The notes under the pieces are model-generated. The model searched no databases, had not been told where the DNA came from, and saw nothing but the letters and a program-made list of their open reading frames with translations. 64,000 nt of DNA from Thermodesulfobacteriota bacterium (GTDB lineage Bacteria; Desulfobacterota_D; UBA1144; Nemesobacterales; Nemesobacteraceae), in contig OZ241855.1 of the NCBI GenBank assembly GCA_965202785.1, positions 288,001-352,000 of the forward strand, in the 5' to 3' direction. Positions 41,523-52,024 of the stretch are shown piece after piece. Made by a program: the position numbers and the translations under genes. Position 1 is the stretch's first letter. Each line of letters starts with the position of its first letter.

Positions 41523-43597
41523 TACTCGAAATCGGAACGGAGGAAATACCTGCTCTATTCCTTGAAAAAGCCCGGGAGGATCTGGGCAACATCCTAAGCG
41601 GAGAACTCCGTGACAAAGGTGTTGAATTCGAGGAAATGGAAATCTTCTATACCCCGAGAAGGCTTTCGGCTAGGGTAAGCGGACTTCAGAGAAAGCAGAG
41701 AGACCGCACGACCGAGAACTTCGGACCGCCCAAGCGCATAGCGTTTGATGAAGACGGAAAGCCCACCAAGGCCGCTGTGGGCTTTGCCAGATCCCAGAGG
41801 GTCGATGTTGAGGAACTCATCATCGCAAAAAGGGATAACGGGGAATTTCTTTGTGTAAGGAAAACGGTAAAAGGAAAAAAAACTTCATCCGTTCTAAAAG
41901 AAATCCTTCCGGGAGTAATCTCATCGATCCCCTTCCGGAAATCAATGAGGTGGGGCGACGGAAAACTGACCTTCGCAAGACCTATAAGATGGATAGCGGC
42001 GCTCTACGATGACAAGCCAGTAAAATTCAGCGTTGAAAACATCAAAAGTTCTGACCGAAGCTTCGGTCACAGGTTCACTTCCCCAAAACCGTTTCGAGTG
42101 ACATCCTGGGGAAATTATCTGAAAACACTTGAGAAAAACAACGTAGTAGCGGACCCGGAGAAAAGAAAGGAAATCATAAGAAGGAACACAGAGGCGGCAG
42201 CCAAAAAGATAGGCGGAACCATAAAGGAAGACCCTGAACTGCTTGAAACCGTGGTGAACCTAGTGGAGCATCCGACGGTTCTGGTGGGAGAGTTCGAGGA
42301 AAAATACCTGCGGTTGCCCGAGGAAGTCCTTATAAGCGTGATGAAGAATCACCAGAAATATTTCCCTGTTTATTCTGAGAAGACCGGCAAGCTTCTTCCC
42401 CGTTTCATCTTTGTCTGCGGAACTCCGGTTAAGGATAAACAGGTAATTATAAGGGGAAACGAGCGGGTAATAAGGGCAAGACTTAACGACGCCGAATTCT
42501 TTTTCTCCGAAGATACGAAGAAAAGCCTAAGCGCCTACACAGAAGATCTTGAGAGCATGGTGTTTCTATCCGATATAGGAACTTACAGGGAAAAAGTCGA
42601 GCGTATGAGGATGCTTGCCGCCGACATCTTTGCCAGTCCCGATCTTGAAAGGGCCGCGGAACTCTCAAAGTCCGATCTCGCAACCCAGATGGTCTTTGAA
42701 TTCGCCGAACTCCAAGGTGTCATGGGCAAGTATTACTCACTTACTTCCAAGGAGAAAAGAACCGTCGCGAACGCGATCGAGGAACAATACATGCCGCTTA
42801 CGAGAACCGGTGAACTCCCGCGAACGAAAACCGGAGCGCTTCTAAGCATAGTGGACAAAACGGATAATATCTGCTCGTGCTTCATCGCGGATCTCGCACC
42901 TACCGGGTCTTCAGACCCCTATGCGCTGAGAAGACAGACCCTCGGAATAATAAGAATCGCCATAGAGAAGAAGCTTGATATTTCTCTCTCCACACTCCTT
43001 GAACGCGGCATAAGGCTCGTGCTCGATTCCATGGACGCGCAAAAAGCTCGTGACGGCAAACTGTCCGAAGAAGAACTTAAAGTGAACATTCTCGCGTTTT
43101 TCTCCGAGAGGTTCCGCAACCTAATGACAGAGTCAGGTTACGAGAGAAATGTCGTCGAATCCGTAATCTCGGCAGGTTTTGACAATCCCCTTGACGCCTA
43201 CCGCAGAATAAACGCGCTTGGGAAATTCGCAAAACGAAAGGATTTTGAGGCCCTAGCTACAGGCTTTAAGAGGGTTTTCAACATAGCGAAAACCAGACCA
43301 TCTTCACCGCTTGACAAGAAGCTGTTCAAGCAAAAAGAGGAAAAGGATCTCCATAGAGCTTTTACCAAGACGCAGACGGCGGTTTTAAGGAAACTGGCCG
43401 ATTCTGAAAAAGCTGCCACGCAAAGCGATTACCTCAAAGCGCTTGAATCCATAAAAACACTCTCCTCACCAATAGATCGTTTCTTTGACGCGGTAATGGT
43501 CATGGACAAAAACAAGAAGATCAGAGACAATCGTCTGGCTTTGCTCAATGAAATAAAAGATCTGTTTTTCATGATTGCCGATTTCTCGAAAATCTGA
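41507..43597 (+). CDS. glyS: Glycine--tRNA ligase beta subunit
   Basis: [44 protein letters not shown]. Confidence 0.97.
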   Translation: MEKELILEIGTEEIPALFLEKAREDLGNILSGELRDKGVEFEEMEIFYTPRRLSARVSGLQRKQRDRTTENFGPPKRIAFDEDGKPTKAAVGFARSQRVDVEELIIAKRDNGEFLCVRKTVKGKKTSSVLKEILPGVISSIPFRKSMRWGDGKLTFARPIRWIAALYDDKPVKFSVENIKSSDRSFGHRFTSPKPFRVTSWGNYLKTLEKNNVVADPEKRKEIIRRNTEAAAKKIGGTIKEDPELLETVVNLVEHPTVLVGEFEEKYLRLPEEVLISVMKNHQKYFPVYSEKTGKLLPRFIFVCGTPVKDKQVIIRGNERVIRARLNDAEFFFSEDTKKSLSAYTEDLESMVFLSDIGTYREKVERMRMLAADIFASPDLERAAELSKSDLATQMVFEFAELQGVMGKYYSLTSKEKRTVANAIEEQYMPLTRTGELPRTKTGALLSIVDKTDNICSCFIADLAPTGSSDPYALRRQTLGIIRIAIEKKLDISLSTLLERGIRLVLDSMDAQKARDGKLSEEELKVNILAFFSERFRNLMTESGYERNVVESVISAGFDNPLDAYRRINALGKFAKRKDFEALATGFKRVFNIAKTRPSSPLDKKLFKQKEEKDLHRAFTKTQTAVLRKLADSEKAATQSDYLKALESIKTLSSPIDRFFDAVMVMDKNKKIRDNRLALLNEIKDLFFMIADFSKI

Positions 43598-43624
43598 CCT
43601 GCGATCAACCCATACGCCTATTAA

Positions 43625-44395
43625 TCAATAAATGCCCGGTATCAGGGCCTTGCGGTGCGGAGGATAATCCCTGAAGGTTTCCACATACCATTGATGATTG
43701 CTACGTGCTCTGGGAACGAGATTAGCGGAGGTGAAAAGCAAGAAGGCGAGGCCACTAAACGACCATGTTGCTAGCGCCCAGCCGACCCATTCGAGGATTT
43801 CACCCATATAATTCGGGCACGATACAAAGCGAAACCCGCCACCCCGCGGAACCACGTAGGCGGTCTCGCCCGGCCTGCGTAGACGAATGAGGATATTGTC
43901 GGCATGGAGGTTGACAGAAATCCCGACTAGGAAAATCCCGACGCCGATCAGGAAACGAGGGTCGGCAAGCCATCCAACTGTGTACTCGCCGAATTCGGAA
44001 ATGAATCGAGCATTGATGTAGGCGTTAATCACATTGAAGAAAAAGCCCGACCCGACCACCAACAACGGCGTCTTCCGCCCGCTTGTCCTGATCCGAAACG
44101 GGTAAATGAACGTCCGGTTCAGATAGTGGCACTGCCACATGACCAGAAAGAGCAACGGCACGATGTGAAACGCAGATTTCCCGTTAAGATAGACGGCGAG
44201 GAAGACGACAACCGCCGGCAGTTCCATAATGATCCAGCCGAGCCTGCTGGAAACGTGCGGCCCCCATCCCCCACCTGCGTAATGACGGCCATAGGGTGCG
44301 GTTTTACGGAGCAGATAAAAAAACGTCGGGACAGCCGTAGCAATGACTGCCCATACCATCACGCTGTGAAGCTGTTGCTCGGCCATCTCAACCAT
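43625..44395 (-). CDS. 3-oxo-5-alpha-steroid 4-dehydrogenase (steroid 5-alpha-reductase) family
   Basis: APYGRH, WIIMELPA, HYLNRTFIYP, VSCPNYMGEILEW, NLVPRARSNHQWY..F.DYP..RKALIP; start uncertain (44386-44422). Confidence 0.88.
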   Translation of the reverse strand: MVEMAEQQLHSVMVWAVIATAVPTFFYLLRKTAPYGRHYAGGGWGPHVSSRLGWIIMELPAVVVFLAVYLNGKSAFHIVPLLFLVMWQCHYLNRTFIYPFRIRTSGRKTPLLVVGSGFFFNVINAYINARFISEFGEYTVGWLADPRFLIGVGIFLVGISVNLHADNILIRLRRPGETAYVVPRGGGFRFVSCPNYMGEILEWVGWALATWSFSGLAFLLFTSANLVPRARSNHQWYVETFRDYPPHRKALIPGIY

Positions 44396-44567
44396 TCTCG
44401 CCGAGCATTCCCTGCTCGTCAAACCATCGATAGGTGCCCCTCACCAATCCGCCAAGGAACGCGACCTGAACCCGAGTTCCGCCTGCGCAGACGTAATATC
44501 GGTAAATTCAGAGTATCATTCTGAAAATATTTGAGAAGCAGCAGTATTCGGGTATCATTTCCCTCAT

Positions 44568-44747
44568 ATGTTCGGACAATTCGGCATATGGGAATTAATC
44601 CTGATACTGGCAATCCTGCTCATAATCTTCGGTCCGAGCAGGCTTGGAGATCTGGGGTCTTCGCTCGGCAAGGGAATAAGCGGGTTCAGAAAATCTCTAA
44701 AAGACGACGACTCAGACAATAAGGAAGAGGGACAAAGCGACACCTGA
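44568..44747 (+). CDS. tatA: Twin-arginine translocase TatA/E
   Basis: MFGQFGIWELILILAILLIIFGPSRLGDLGSSLGKGISGFRKSLKD...; 59 aa, below the ORF-track cutoff. Confidence 0.93.
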   Translation: MFGQFGIWELILILAILLIIFGPSRLGDLGSSLGKGISGFRKSLKDDDSDNKEEGQSDT

Positions 44748-44762
44748 TCAGAAACCCTCTCC

Positions 44763-45185
44763 TCAATCCTTTATCTTCTCCGCAAGTTCCACAAGCACTC
44801 CGTTCGTTGACTTGGGATGTATAAAGGCAACTTTACAGTTGTAAGATCCGGGTCTCGCATGTTCATCGATCAGCCTGACACCTTCTTTTTCGAGGGCCCG
44901 GAGAGAAGATTCTATATCGTCCACAAGAAAGCAGATGTGATGAACACCCTCCCCTCTTTTCTCCAGGAATTGCGAAATCGGAGAATTTTCGTCCAAAGGC
45001 TCGATAAGTTCTACCGCAGTGCCCTCTTCCGAGTCGGAGCAAAGCATCGATGTTTTGACCCCATAGTTGACTACGTCCTCCCTGTGGACAACCCGAAGCC
45101 CGAGTAGTTTGGAATAAATATCCTCAGCCTTCTTGATATCCTTCACTGCGATCGCTACATGATAAAGAAATCCGTTCTTGCTCAA
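44763..45185 (-). CDS. mce: Methylmalonyl-CoA epimerase (VOC family)
   Basis: HVAIAV, ELIEP, FLEKRGEGVHHI, FIHPKSTNGVLVEL; TTG start with SD AAGGAG. Confidence 0.88.
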   Translation of the reverse strand: MSKNGFLYHVAIAVKDIKKAEDIYSKLLGLRVVHREDVVNYGVKTSMLCSDSEEGTAVELIEPLDENSPISQFLEKRGEGVHHICFLVDDIESSLRALEKEGVRLIDEHARPGSYNCKVAFIHPKSTNGVLVELAEKIKD

Positions 45186-45204
45186 CTCAGAACACTCCTT
45201 TCGG

Positions 45205-46698
45205 CTAACCCGAACCTCCCTCTCTGGAAATGGCGTACTTTTCGAGAGGGTCTTCAACCGATTTGAATTTTATCTTTACGCCCCTCTCTCGCTGGATTCT
45301 TCTCATGGACCTTCCTTCTATTTCTCTGAGCTTTGCTATGACCTTCTTGTTGGCCTGCACGACAAGAGGCCCTTCAGCGCTTTGCCTTGTCCACTGATCA
45401 ATATCCCTCAGTATCTCGTAACAGGTGGTATATATCGACTTTATCCGTCCTCTTCCCTCGCAGGTATCGCAGGGTTCGGTCAAGTCGGAAAGTATACTTT
45501 CCCTGACCCTGCGTCTGGTAAGCTGGATTACGCTGAAAGACGATATTTCCTGGATCGTGGTCCTTGCCTTATCCTTTTTCATCTCATCCGTGAAAAGCGA
45601 CTCTACTTTCTTTCTGGACCTAACAGACTGCATGTCTATGAAATCGATAACTATGATTCCGACCAGATTGCGAAGCCTTATCTGCCTCGCGGCCTCAACT
45701 GCGGCTTCTTCGTTCGTTTTCATTATTGTTTTCTTGTGAAACTCCTCTCCGACAAGCTTCCCGGAGTTAACGTCTATTACTGTAAGTCCCTCGGCCTCGT
45801 CTATGATCAGGTAACCTCCCGACTTCATCCAGACCTTTTTTCTATACATTTTTTCGATCTGGCTCTCGATTCCGTATCTGTCGAATATGGGTTCTTCTTT
45901 GTCGTACATATCGACTTTGAAGCCATCCTTGTTAATCTTGTCGGAAAAGTACTTGGTAATCCGGCCGTGGGCTTTGGGGGAATCAACGACAATTTTCTTA
46001 AGGCCGTTTCCCATCAGGTCCCTGACGACCCTGATACAGGTATCGGCTTCTTCGTATATCACGCCCGGGTTTTTCGATTCTTCATACTTTTTCTTTATCC
46101 TTCTCCACTTCCTCACAAGCGCTCTCATCTCGCTCTTGATGTTTTTCTCGTCCGCTTCCACACACGCCGTTCTCACGATAAAACCCATGTCTTCGGGCTT
46201 ATTCCGCATGATTTCGGAAAATCTTTTCCTGCTTTTCCTGTCGGTTATTTTGCGGGATAGGTTCACCGAGTCCGACCCGGGAAGCAGAACAAGATACTTG
46301 CCCGGTATGCCCACGTGAGAGGTAAGCTTGGGACCCTTGTTTCCAGTGGGTTCCTTTGTAACCTGAACCATAACTTCCTGGCCCTGACGTAGCACATTCT
46401 GTATCGGCTGGTGGTTCTTTCTGGAGGTCTTCTTCGTCTCTTCCTCTTCAAGGAAAAGTTCGCTAAGGGATTCCTCATACACATCCTCGGCGGAGAGAAA
46501 CCCGGATTTGCCATCCCCTATGCCGACAAAAGCCGCCTGCACTCCGGGAACTATCTTTTCGACTTTCCCCTTGTAGATGTTGCCCACCATTGAAGAACTG
46601 GATTTTCTTTCAATGAAAAGCTCAATCAGCCTGCTTCTCTCCAGGACCGCTATTCTCGTTTCGTTAAAAAGCGAGTTGATGACAAGTTGAGTACTCAT
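45205..46698 (-). CDS. rng: Ribonuclease E/G family (RNase G-like)
   Basis: GNIYKGKV, AAFV, IDVNSG, QIRLRNLVGIIVIDFIDM, CDTCEGRG. Confidence 0.92.
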   Translation of the reverse strand: MSTQLVINSLFNETRIAVLERSRLIELFIERKSSSSMVGNIYKGKVEKIVPGVQAAFVGIGDGKSGFLSAEDVYEESLSELFLEEEETKKTSRKNHQPIQNVLRQGQEVMVQVTKEPTGNKGPKLTSHVGIPGKYLVLLPGSDSVNLSRKITDRKSRKRFSEIMRNKPEDMGFIVRTACVEADEKNIKSEMRALVRKWRRIKKKYEESKNPGVIYEEADTCIRVVRDLMGNGLKKIVVDSPKAHGRITKYFSDKINKDGFKVDMYDKEEPIFDRYGIESQIEKMYRKKVWMKSGGYLIIDEAEGLTVIDVNSGKLVGEEFHKKTIMKTNEEAAVEAARQIRLRNLVGIIVIDFIDMQSVRSRKKVESLFTDEMKKDKARTTIQEISSFSVIQLTRRRVRESILSDLTEPCDTCEGRGRIKSIYTTCYEILRDIDQWTRQSAEGPLVVQANKKVIAKLREIEGRSMRRIQRERGVKIKFKSVEDPLEKYAISREGGSG

Positions 46699-46868
46699 AG
46701 GATGTTGAAATATAAACCGATTATCTTGGCAAGTATAACCGTAAGTACCTGATGTGGAAAAAATTAAGCTTGTCAGACGGTTAAAATCTTTTCTCGGCGC
46801 TTCGGCGGAACGAACCTAGCCCGGTGCTGTAGACGGAAGCAGACGGTCTTTACACGGTCTCATGGAAA

Positions 46869-47282
46869 TCAGGCGCTTTTTCTTCCAAGCTCGACGATTA
46901 CATCAAAATGCTTCTTCTCAATCTGCATGACCGAAAGTCTGCTCTGCCTTACAAGGGAGATATCCTCGAGTCTTTCGTCGTTCTTTATCTGCTTGAGAGA
47001 TACGGGGCTCTCTAGCGTTTCCACCGGCTTCAGGTCAACCACGACCCATCTTTCGTCTTCTGTCGTGGGATCCTGATAATATTCCCTTATGACCTCGGAT
47101 ATACCTACCACTTCAAGGCCTTTGTTGCTGTGGTAGAAAAGAACAAGGTCACCTTTTTTCATGTTCTTGAGGTTGTTTCTCGCCTGATAGTTTCTAACCC
47201 CGTCCCAGTATGTCCAGCCGTCTTGGAGAAATTCCTCCCACGAATATTTAAACGGTTCCGATTTAACAAGCCAGTAGTTCAC
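46869..47282 (-). CDS. EVE domain protein
   Basis: YWLVKSEP, WDGVRNYQARN, FYHS, RLSV. Confidence 0.93.
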   Translation of the reverse strand: MNYWLVKSEPFKYSWEEFLQDGWTYWDGVRNYQARNNLKNMKKGDLVLFYHSNKGLEVVGISEVIREYYQDPTTEDERWVVVDLKPVETLESPVSLKQIKNDERLEDISLVRQSRLSVMQIEKKHFDVIVELGRKSA

Positions 47283-47289
47283 GATCTGA

Positions 47290-47317
47290 ATTATAGCGAG
47301 CAGGAATGCGGATTCAA
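47290..47317 (-). promoter_or_regulatory. sigma70-type promoter, probably leaderless, for the EVE gene
   Basis: TTGAAT-16nt-TATAAT-7nt-GTG. Confidence 0.65.
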
Positions 47318-47481
47318 CACCAAGCGCTACTTTGCATATCGAACGAGAAGCATGTCATCGCAGGATTTCCCTAACCTTTAGGCTTTTCAGACCCGTAAAG
47401 AAACTGCCGACATCCATAAATTTTTCACCGAGGGTTTTATACGACTTGAAAACCGTGACGTTATGGTTTATAGTTTGGTTC

Positions 47482-48480
47482 ATGAAATACGAAAAACTGA
47501 CTGCAAAAAAGAAGCTGCTGAACCAGTATGAGCCGTTACCTGACGCGCTCCTAAGCAATCTGGACGGATGGTTCCGGGTTGAGTTGACTTATACGAGTAA
47601 CGCAATTGAAGGAAATACGTTAGGGCGTCGTGAAACTGCGCTGGTAGTTGAAAAAGGTCTCACCATCGGGGGGAAATCATTTCTGGAGCACATGGAAGCC
47701 GTAAACCACGCACGCGCTCTGGACTGGGTGAAAGGACAAGTCAAACGCAGGCCGCATTCGCTGACCGAAGAGGATATCCTGCACATTCACTATCTTATTA
47801 TGAAAAGCATTGATGATCTAAATGCCGGTCGTTATCGCGTGACGCCGGTGCGAATCTCCGGTTCAGCGGTGGTGCTACCGAATCCGCGCAAAGTGCCGGG
47901 TCTGATGAACGGATTGGCGAAATGGCTCAGGCTGGCAACCGACCCGCATCCGGTGGAACTGGCTGCGGAAGCTCATTACCGGCTGGTTACCATCCACCCG
48001 TTTACCGATGGTAACGGCCGTACGGCACGCCTTCTAATGAACATGATCCTGCTCATGTCGGGTTACCCGGCAGCAATAATACGCAAACGTGACCGGTTGG
48101 CTTATATCGACTCGCTTGAAAAAGCGCAACTGGGCGGCTCTAAAGACGCTTACATGAAAATTGTCGCACGGGCAGTTGACCGTTCACTTGATATATACCT
48201 CAAGGCAGCCGAAGGCAAAACGGATACAGATGATGATAAGAGTCCTCTACTTAAAATCGGTGAACTGGCAAAACTGGTCAACCAAAGAAATTCCACAATA
48301 CGGCACTGGACCAAGGAAGGTTTGCTTGAAGTTGCCGAAGTTACCGACGCAGGGTACCAACTCTACTCACAAGCAATGGTTGAAAGGATAAGATTAATAA
48401 GCAAGCTTAAATCACGGAGACTCACGCTTAGGGAAATCAGGGAGAAAATACTACGTGATTTCCCGGACCGAGTAGAATAG
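47482..48480 (+). CDS. Fic-domain protein with C-terminal MerR-type HTH
   Basis: TSNAIEGN, HPFTDGNGRTAR, C-terminal LLKIGELAK..STIRHWTKEGLL; TTGAAA-17-TATAGT-7nt-ATG 47482. Confidence 0.9.
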   Translation: MKYEKLTAKKKLLNQYEPLPDALLSNLDGWFRVELTYTSNAIEGNTLGRRETALVVEKGLTIGGKSFLEHMEAVNHARALDWVKGQVKRRPHSLTEEDILHIHYLIMKSIDDLNAGRYRVTPVRISGSAVVLPNPRKVPGLMNGLAKWLRLATDPHPVELAAEAHYRLVTIHPFTDGNGRTARLLMNMILLMSGYPAAIIRKRDRLAYIDSLEKAQLGGSKDAYMKIVARAVDRSLDIYLKAAEGKTDTDDDKSPLLKIGELAKLVNQRNSTIRHWTKEGLLEVAEVTDAGYQLYSQAMVERIRLISKLKSRRLTLREIREKILRDFPDRVE

Positions 48481-48573
48481 CGAATTTAAATCGGTATTTT
48501 TTCGAAATATCCTTATAATACCTTTCCCGCTTGTGTATTATTTCCGGTGTTCCAAGTTCGATGAGGTTCTAAA

Positions 48574-49296
48574 TTGCTCATAATTCCCGCTATAGACTTA
48601 AAAAACGGAAACTGCGTGCGGCTTCTCAAGGGAGAAGAAGGCACGGAAACCGTGTTTTCAAACAGCCCTTCCGATACAGCGAGAAAGTGGGAGCGGTGCG
48701 GAGCCGAGTGGATTCACGTCGTGGACCTTGACGGAGCTTTTAAGGGAAATCCCAGAAATTTCGAAGCTGTAGAAGAAATAGTCCGTTCAGTCTCCTCAAA
48801 CGTTCAGGTCGGAGGGGGAATAAGAAATATCGCCACCGTCGAGAAGTACCTTGAAGTGGGTATCGAGAGGGTGATAATAGGCACTTCGGCCTTTACCGAC
48901 AGGGGCTTTCTTGAGGATATCTGCGGGAGATTTCCCGGAAAAATAGCCGTCGGGGTAGATACAAAGGGAGGGAAAATAGCCTTGCGGGGATGGAAGGAAA
49001 CTATAGATACGAACGTTGCCCGGACGATGCTTGAATTCCGCGACATAGGAGTATCGCTCGTTATTCACACAAATGTTGACAGGGACGGAACCATGGAAGG
49101 AATAGACGCGGCCTCGACAAAGAATTTCCTCTCCATGTGTCCCCTTCCGGTAATCGTTTCAGGCGGTATCGCGTCGCTTGCCGATCTGAGCGATATACAG
49201 TCCATCGCAGATGACAATCTGTTCGGAGCAATACTCGGGAAATCCATCTACTCAGGTTCCATCGATCTTGAAGACAGCATACGAAGGTTTCAGTAA
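48574..49296 (+). CDS. hisA: ProFAR isomerase
   Basis: [34 protein letters not shown]. Confidence 0.96.
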   Translation: MLIIPAIDLKNGNCVRLLKGEEGTETVFSNSPSDTARKWERCGAEWIHVVDLDGAFKGNPRNFEAVEEIVRSVSSNVQVGGGIRNIATVEKYLEVGIERVIIGTSAFTDRGFLEDICGRFPGKIAVGVDTKGGKIALRGWKETIDTNVARTMLEFRDIGVSLVIHTNVDRDGTMEGIDAASTKNFLSMCPLPVIVSGGIASLADLSDIQSIADDNLFGAILGKSIYSGSIDLEDSIRRFQ

Positions 49297-49298
49297 AT

Positions 49299-50060
49299 AT
49301 GGTTTCAAAAAGAATAATTCCATGTCTTGACGTAAAGGACGGGAGAGTGGTAAAAGGGGTTCGCTTCGTTAACCTCAGGGATGCCGGAGACCCCGTTGAG
49401 GTAGCGAAAAAGTACAGCGAAGAGGGCGCTGACGAGATAACGTTTCTCGATATCACCGCCTCGCACGAAAAGAGAAAAACTATGATAGACATGGTCGAGC
49501 GGACCGCGAGCGAAGTCTTCGTTCCCCTGACCGTCGGAGGGGGGCTTAGAACTGTGGAAGACGTAAGAGAGCTTCTGCTGGCCGGGGCGGACAAGGTTAC
49601 GATCAACACAGCGGCCATAACAGATCCGGACTTCGTAAGACGGGCTTCTGACAGGTTCGGAAGCCAGTGCATAGTGGTAGCAATAGACGCGAGGAGAAAA
49701 GACGGCGGCGGATGGGAGGTCTTTACGCACGGCGGACGCAACCCGACCGGAATAGACGCCGTCGGGTGGGCCGCGAAGATGGAGGATTTCGGAGCGGGCG
49801 AAATCCTTCTTACGAGCATGGACAGGGACGGCACCGAGGACGGGTACGATCTTGAGCTCACAAGAACCATCTCGGAAACCGTAGGCATTCCCATCATAGC
49901 TTCTGGAGGTGCGGGACGGCTTGAACATCTGGTTGAAGCGGTGGAAGAGGGACGGGCAGACGCCGTTTTGTGCGCCTCGATTTTTCATTACGGCAAGTAT
50001 TCAATAAACGAAGCGAAGGAATTCCTGTCGGAGAAAGGGGTACTTGTAAGACTGGTGTAA
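49299..50060 (+). CDS. hisF: Imidazole glycerol phosphate synthase cyclase subunit
   Basis: [35 protein letters not shown]. Confidence 0.98.
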   Translation: MVSKRIIPCLDVKDGRVVKGVRFVNLRDAGDPVEVAKKYSEEGADEITFLDITASHEKRKTMIDMVERTASEVFVPLTVGGGLRTVEDVRELLLAGADKVTINTAAITDPDFVRRASDRFGSQCIVVAIDARRKDGGGWEVFTHGGRNPTGIDAVGWAAKMEDFGAGEILLTSMDRDGTEDGYDLELTRTISETVGIPIIASGGAGRLEHLVEAVEEGRADAVLCASIFHYGKYSINEAKEFLSEKGVLVRLV

Positions 50061-50078
50061 AAAGAGGTTCAGGATATC

Positions 50079-51149
50079 TTGCTCATACGAAAGCAGACCG
50101 AAGAAAACGAAAAAAAGCTGCTCAGTCCGATGGCGACTCTGAGCTGCGAATCCAAAGGAAGAGCGAAGCCTGAGCGCGAATGCGACATAAGAACGTGCTT
50201 TCAGAGGGACCGGGACAGGATAATTCACTCCAAGGCCTTCAGAAGACTCAAGCATAAAACCCAGGTATTCATCTCTCCGACCAACGATCATTACCGCACA
50301 AGGCTGACTCATGTAATAGAAGTCTCCCAGATAGCCAGAACTATATCGAAAGCACTTATGCTTAACGAAGATCTGACCGAAGCCATAGCGCTCGGTCACG
50401 ATCTGGGCCACACCCCCTTCGGCCACTCCGGGGAGGAAGGACTGAACGAAGTGTTCCCCGGCGGGTTCAAGCATGTTCGCCAGAGCATAAGGATCGTGGA
50501 TGTGCTGGAACGCGATGGAGCCGGACTCAACCTGACGCATGAAGTCAGGGATGGGATAGCTAAACATTCCAAGGGGTGGGGAAAGGAGGGAATAGAGACC
50601 GAGGAGAACAGGCCCCTTACCCTTGAAGGCCAGGTAACCAAGATCTCGGATCTTGTCGCTTACACGAATCACGATCTTGATGACGCAATCCGCTCGGGTA
50701 TCATATCCCCCGGCGATGTTCCCGCAGAATATATCTCGGTCCTCGGAGATACGGCTTCGCAAAGAGTAAACACGATGGTAGTGGACATCGTTGGACAGAC
50801 CATCGAAAGAGGCGGGATGAGAATTCTGATGAGCGAGAAAGTGTTCGAAGCACTCTTGGGACTCAGAACCTATCTCTACGAGAATGTCTATGTAAGTGAG
50901 CGACTGCTTTCGCTTCATAATAAATCCAAAAAAGTCGTGAAGGAGCTTTACTTGTATTTCTGCGATAACGAGAAGATCTTCCGTGAGAGTTTCTGCAAGA
51001 TGCCCGTACGGGAGGATGAAACGCTGCAGAGGGCGGTATGCGACTTCATCGCCGGAATGTCCGACCTTTACGCGCTTTCGCTTTACCAGAAGATATTTCT
51101 TCCGAGCAGATGGACAAAAAGCCAGGAAATACAGGACGCCTACCTATGA
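50079..51149 (+). CDS. dgt: dGTP triphosphohydrolase-like HD protein
   Basis: FQRDRDRIIHSKAFRRLKHKTQVF, RTRLTH, GHDLGHTPFGHSGE, DFIAGMSD. Confidence 0.92.
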   Translation: MLIRKQTEENEKKLLSPMATLSCESKGRAKPERECDIRTCFQRDRDRIIHSKAFRRLKHKTQVFISPTNDHYRTRLTHVIEVSQIARTISKALMLNEDLTEAIALGHDLGHTPFGHSGEEGLNEVFPGGFKHVRQSIRIVDVLERDGAGLNLTHEVRDGIAKHSKGWGKEGIETEENRPLTLEGQVTKISDLVAYTNHDLDDAIRSGIISPGDVPAEYISVLGDTASQRVNTMVVDIVGQTIERGGMRILMSEKVFEALLGLRTYLYENVYVSERLLSLHNKSKKVVKELYLYFCDNEKIFRESFCKMPVREDETLQRAVCDFIAGMSDLYALSLYQKIFLPSRWTKSQEIQDAYL

Positions 51150-52024
51150 GCGAAAAAAAAGGGGACCGGTCATTGATAAATCTCGGAGCAGCGCCTTTTC
51201 TTAACATGCAACCGCTCATTTATCCTCTGGAAAAAGGGGTTGTCGAGCACAGCTTTAATATAATGTATTTTGACCCTTTCCTTCTTTCCGACAATCTGTC
51301 GGAAGGAGTGATTGATGTCGCCCCCATTCCCTCGGTTGAATTTCTAAAAACCGACGACTACTGCATTCTGCCCGACATTTCCATATCCTCTTTCGGAAAA
51401 GTCGACAGCGTCGTACTCAAGGCACGAAAAGAAATAACGAAAATAAAAAGCGTGTCGGTTGACAGCAGGTCCAAGAGCTCAACGGCCCTGCTCAGAATCG
51501 TACTGGAGCTCTTCCTCGGTCTTAAGCCCGAATACGTAAAAAGAGAACCCGTAAACGGTTTTCTTCAGGGGGTTGACGCCGGGATGCTTATCGGCAACGC
51601 GGGTCTTCAGGCCCGTCACCTCTCTGCAGAAAAATCCGCCTTCACATACGACCTGGGGGAACTCTGGACGAGGGAAACCTCTCTCCCCTTCGTATATGCG
51701 GTAATGGCGATCAAAAAAGGGGACGACGCTACAGCCGAAGGCTGTAAATGTCTTGTTTCAACGAGAGAACAAGGTGTGGAATTCATTCCGGAGATAGTGG
51801 ATATCGAATCTCGAAAACTGGGTCTCAGCAGGGAGCATTGCACGACTTACCTTAAAGAAAGAATCAAGTATGACCTTGACGCCCCAAAAATTGACGGACT
51901 CATCAAATATCGCGACCTTCTTTTCGAGCTTAACGAAATAGAGAAGAAAAACGAAATCGATTTCTACATAGACCCTTCGGAGACGAAACCCGGAAGGAGA
52001 CAAGAATGGAAAGACGGATCATGA
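51146..52024 (+). CDS. mqnA: Chorismate dehydratase (futalosine pathway)
   Basis: FLNMQPL, PSVE, G.VDSV, SKSSTAL, DLGELW...T.LPFVYA; adjacent to mqnD. Confidence 0.85.
   Translation: MSEKKGDRSLINLGAAPFLNMQPLIYPLEKGVVEHSFNIMYFDPFLLSDNLSEGVIDVAPIPSVEFLKTDDYCILPDISISSFGKVDSVVLKARKEITKIKSVSVDSRSKSSTALLRIVLELFLGLKPEYVKREPVNGFLQGVDAGMLIGNAGLQARHLSAEKSAFTYDLGELWTRETSLPFVYAVMAIKKGDDATAEGCKCLVSTREQGVEFIPEIVDIESRKLGLSREHCTTYLKERIKYDLDAPKIDGLIKYRDLLFELNEIEKKNEIDFYIDPSETKPGRRQEWKDGS

Noticed and set aside
45178-46260. 360-aa plus-strand ORF, and similar long ORFs at 60142-61164, 50001-50918, 49061-49897 and 9514-10296
   Set aside because: These are antisense shadows of well-conserved genes (rng, rny, dgt, hisF, CDP-alcohol transferase) with no recognisable motifs
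46790-46865. CGC-TTCG-GCG hairpin and GGAAGCAG motif reminiscent of SRP RNA
   Set aside because: Lacks the CAGG-nnn-GNRA-AGCAG helix context and is too short; no ncRNA call is supportable
46869-48480. EVE plus Fic as a joint defence system
   Set aside because: The genes are divergently transcribed with separate promoters, and stand-alone EVE proteins are widespread; there is no evidence of linkage
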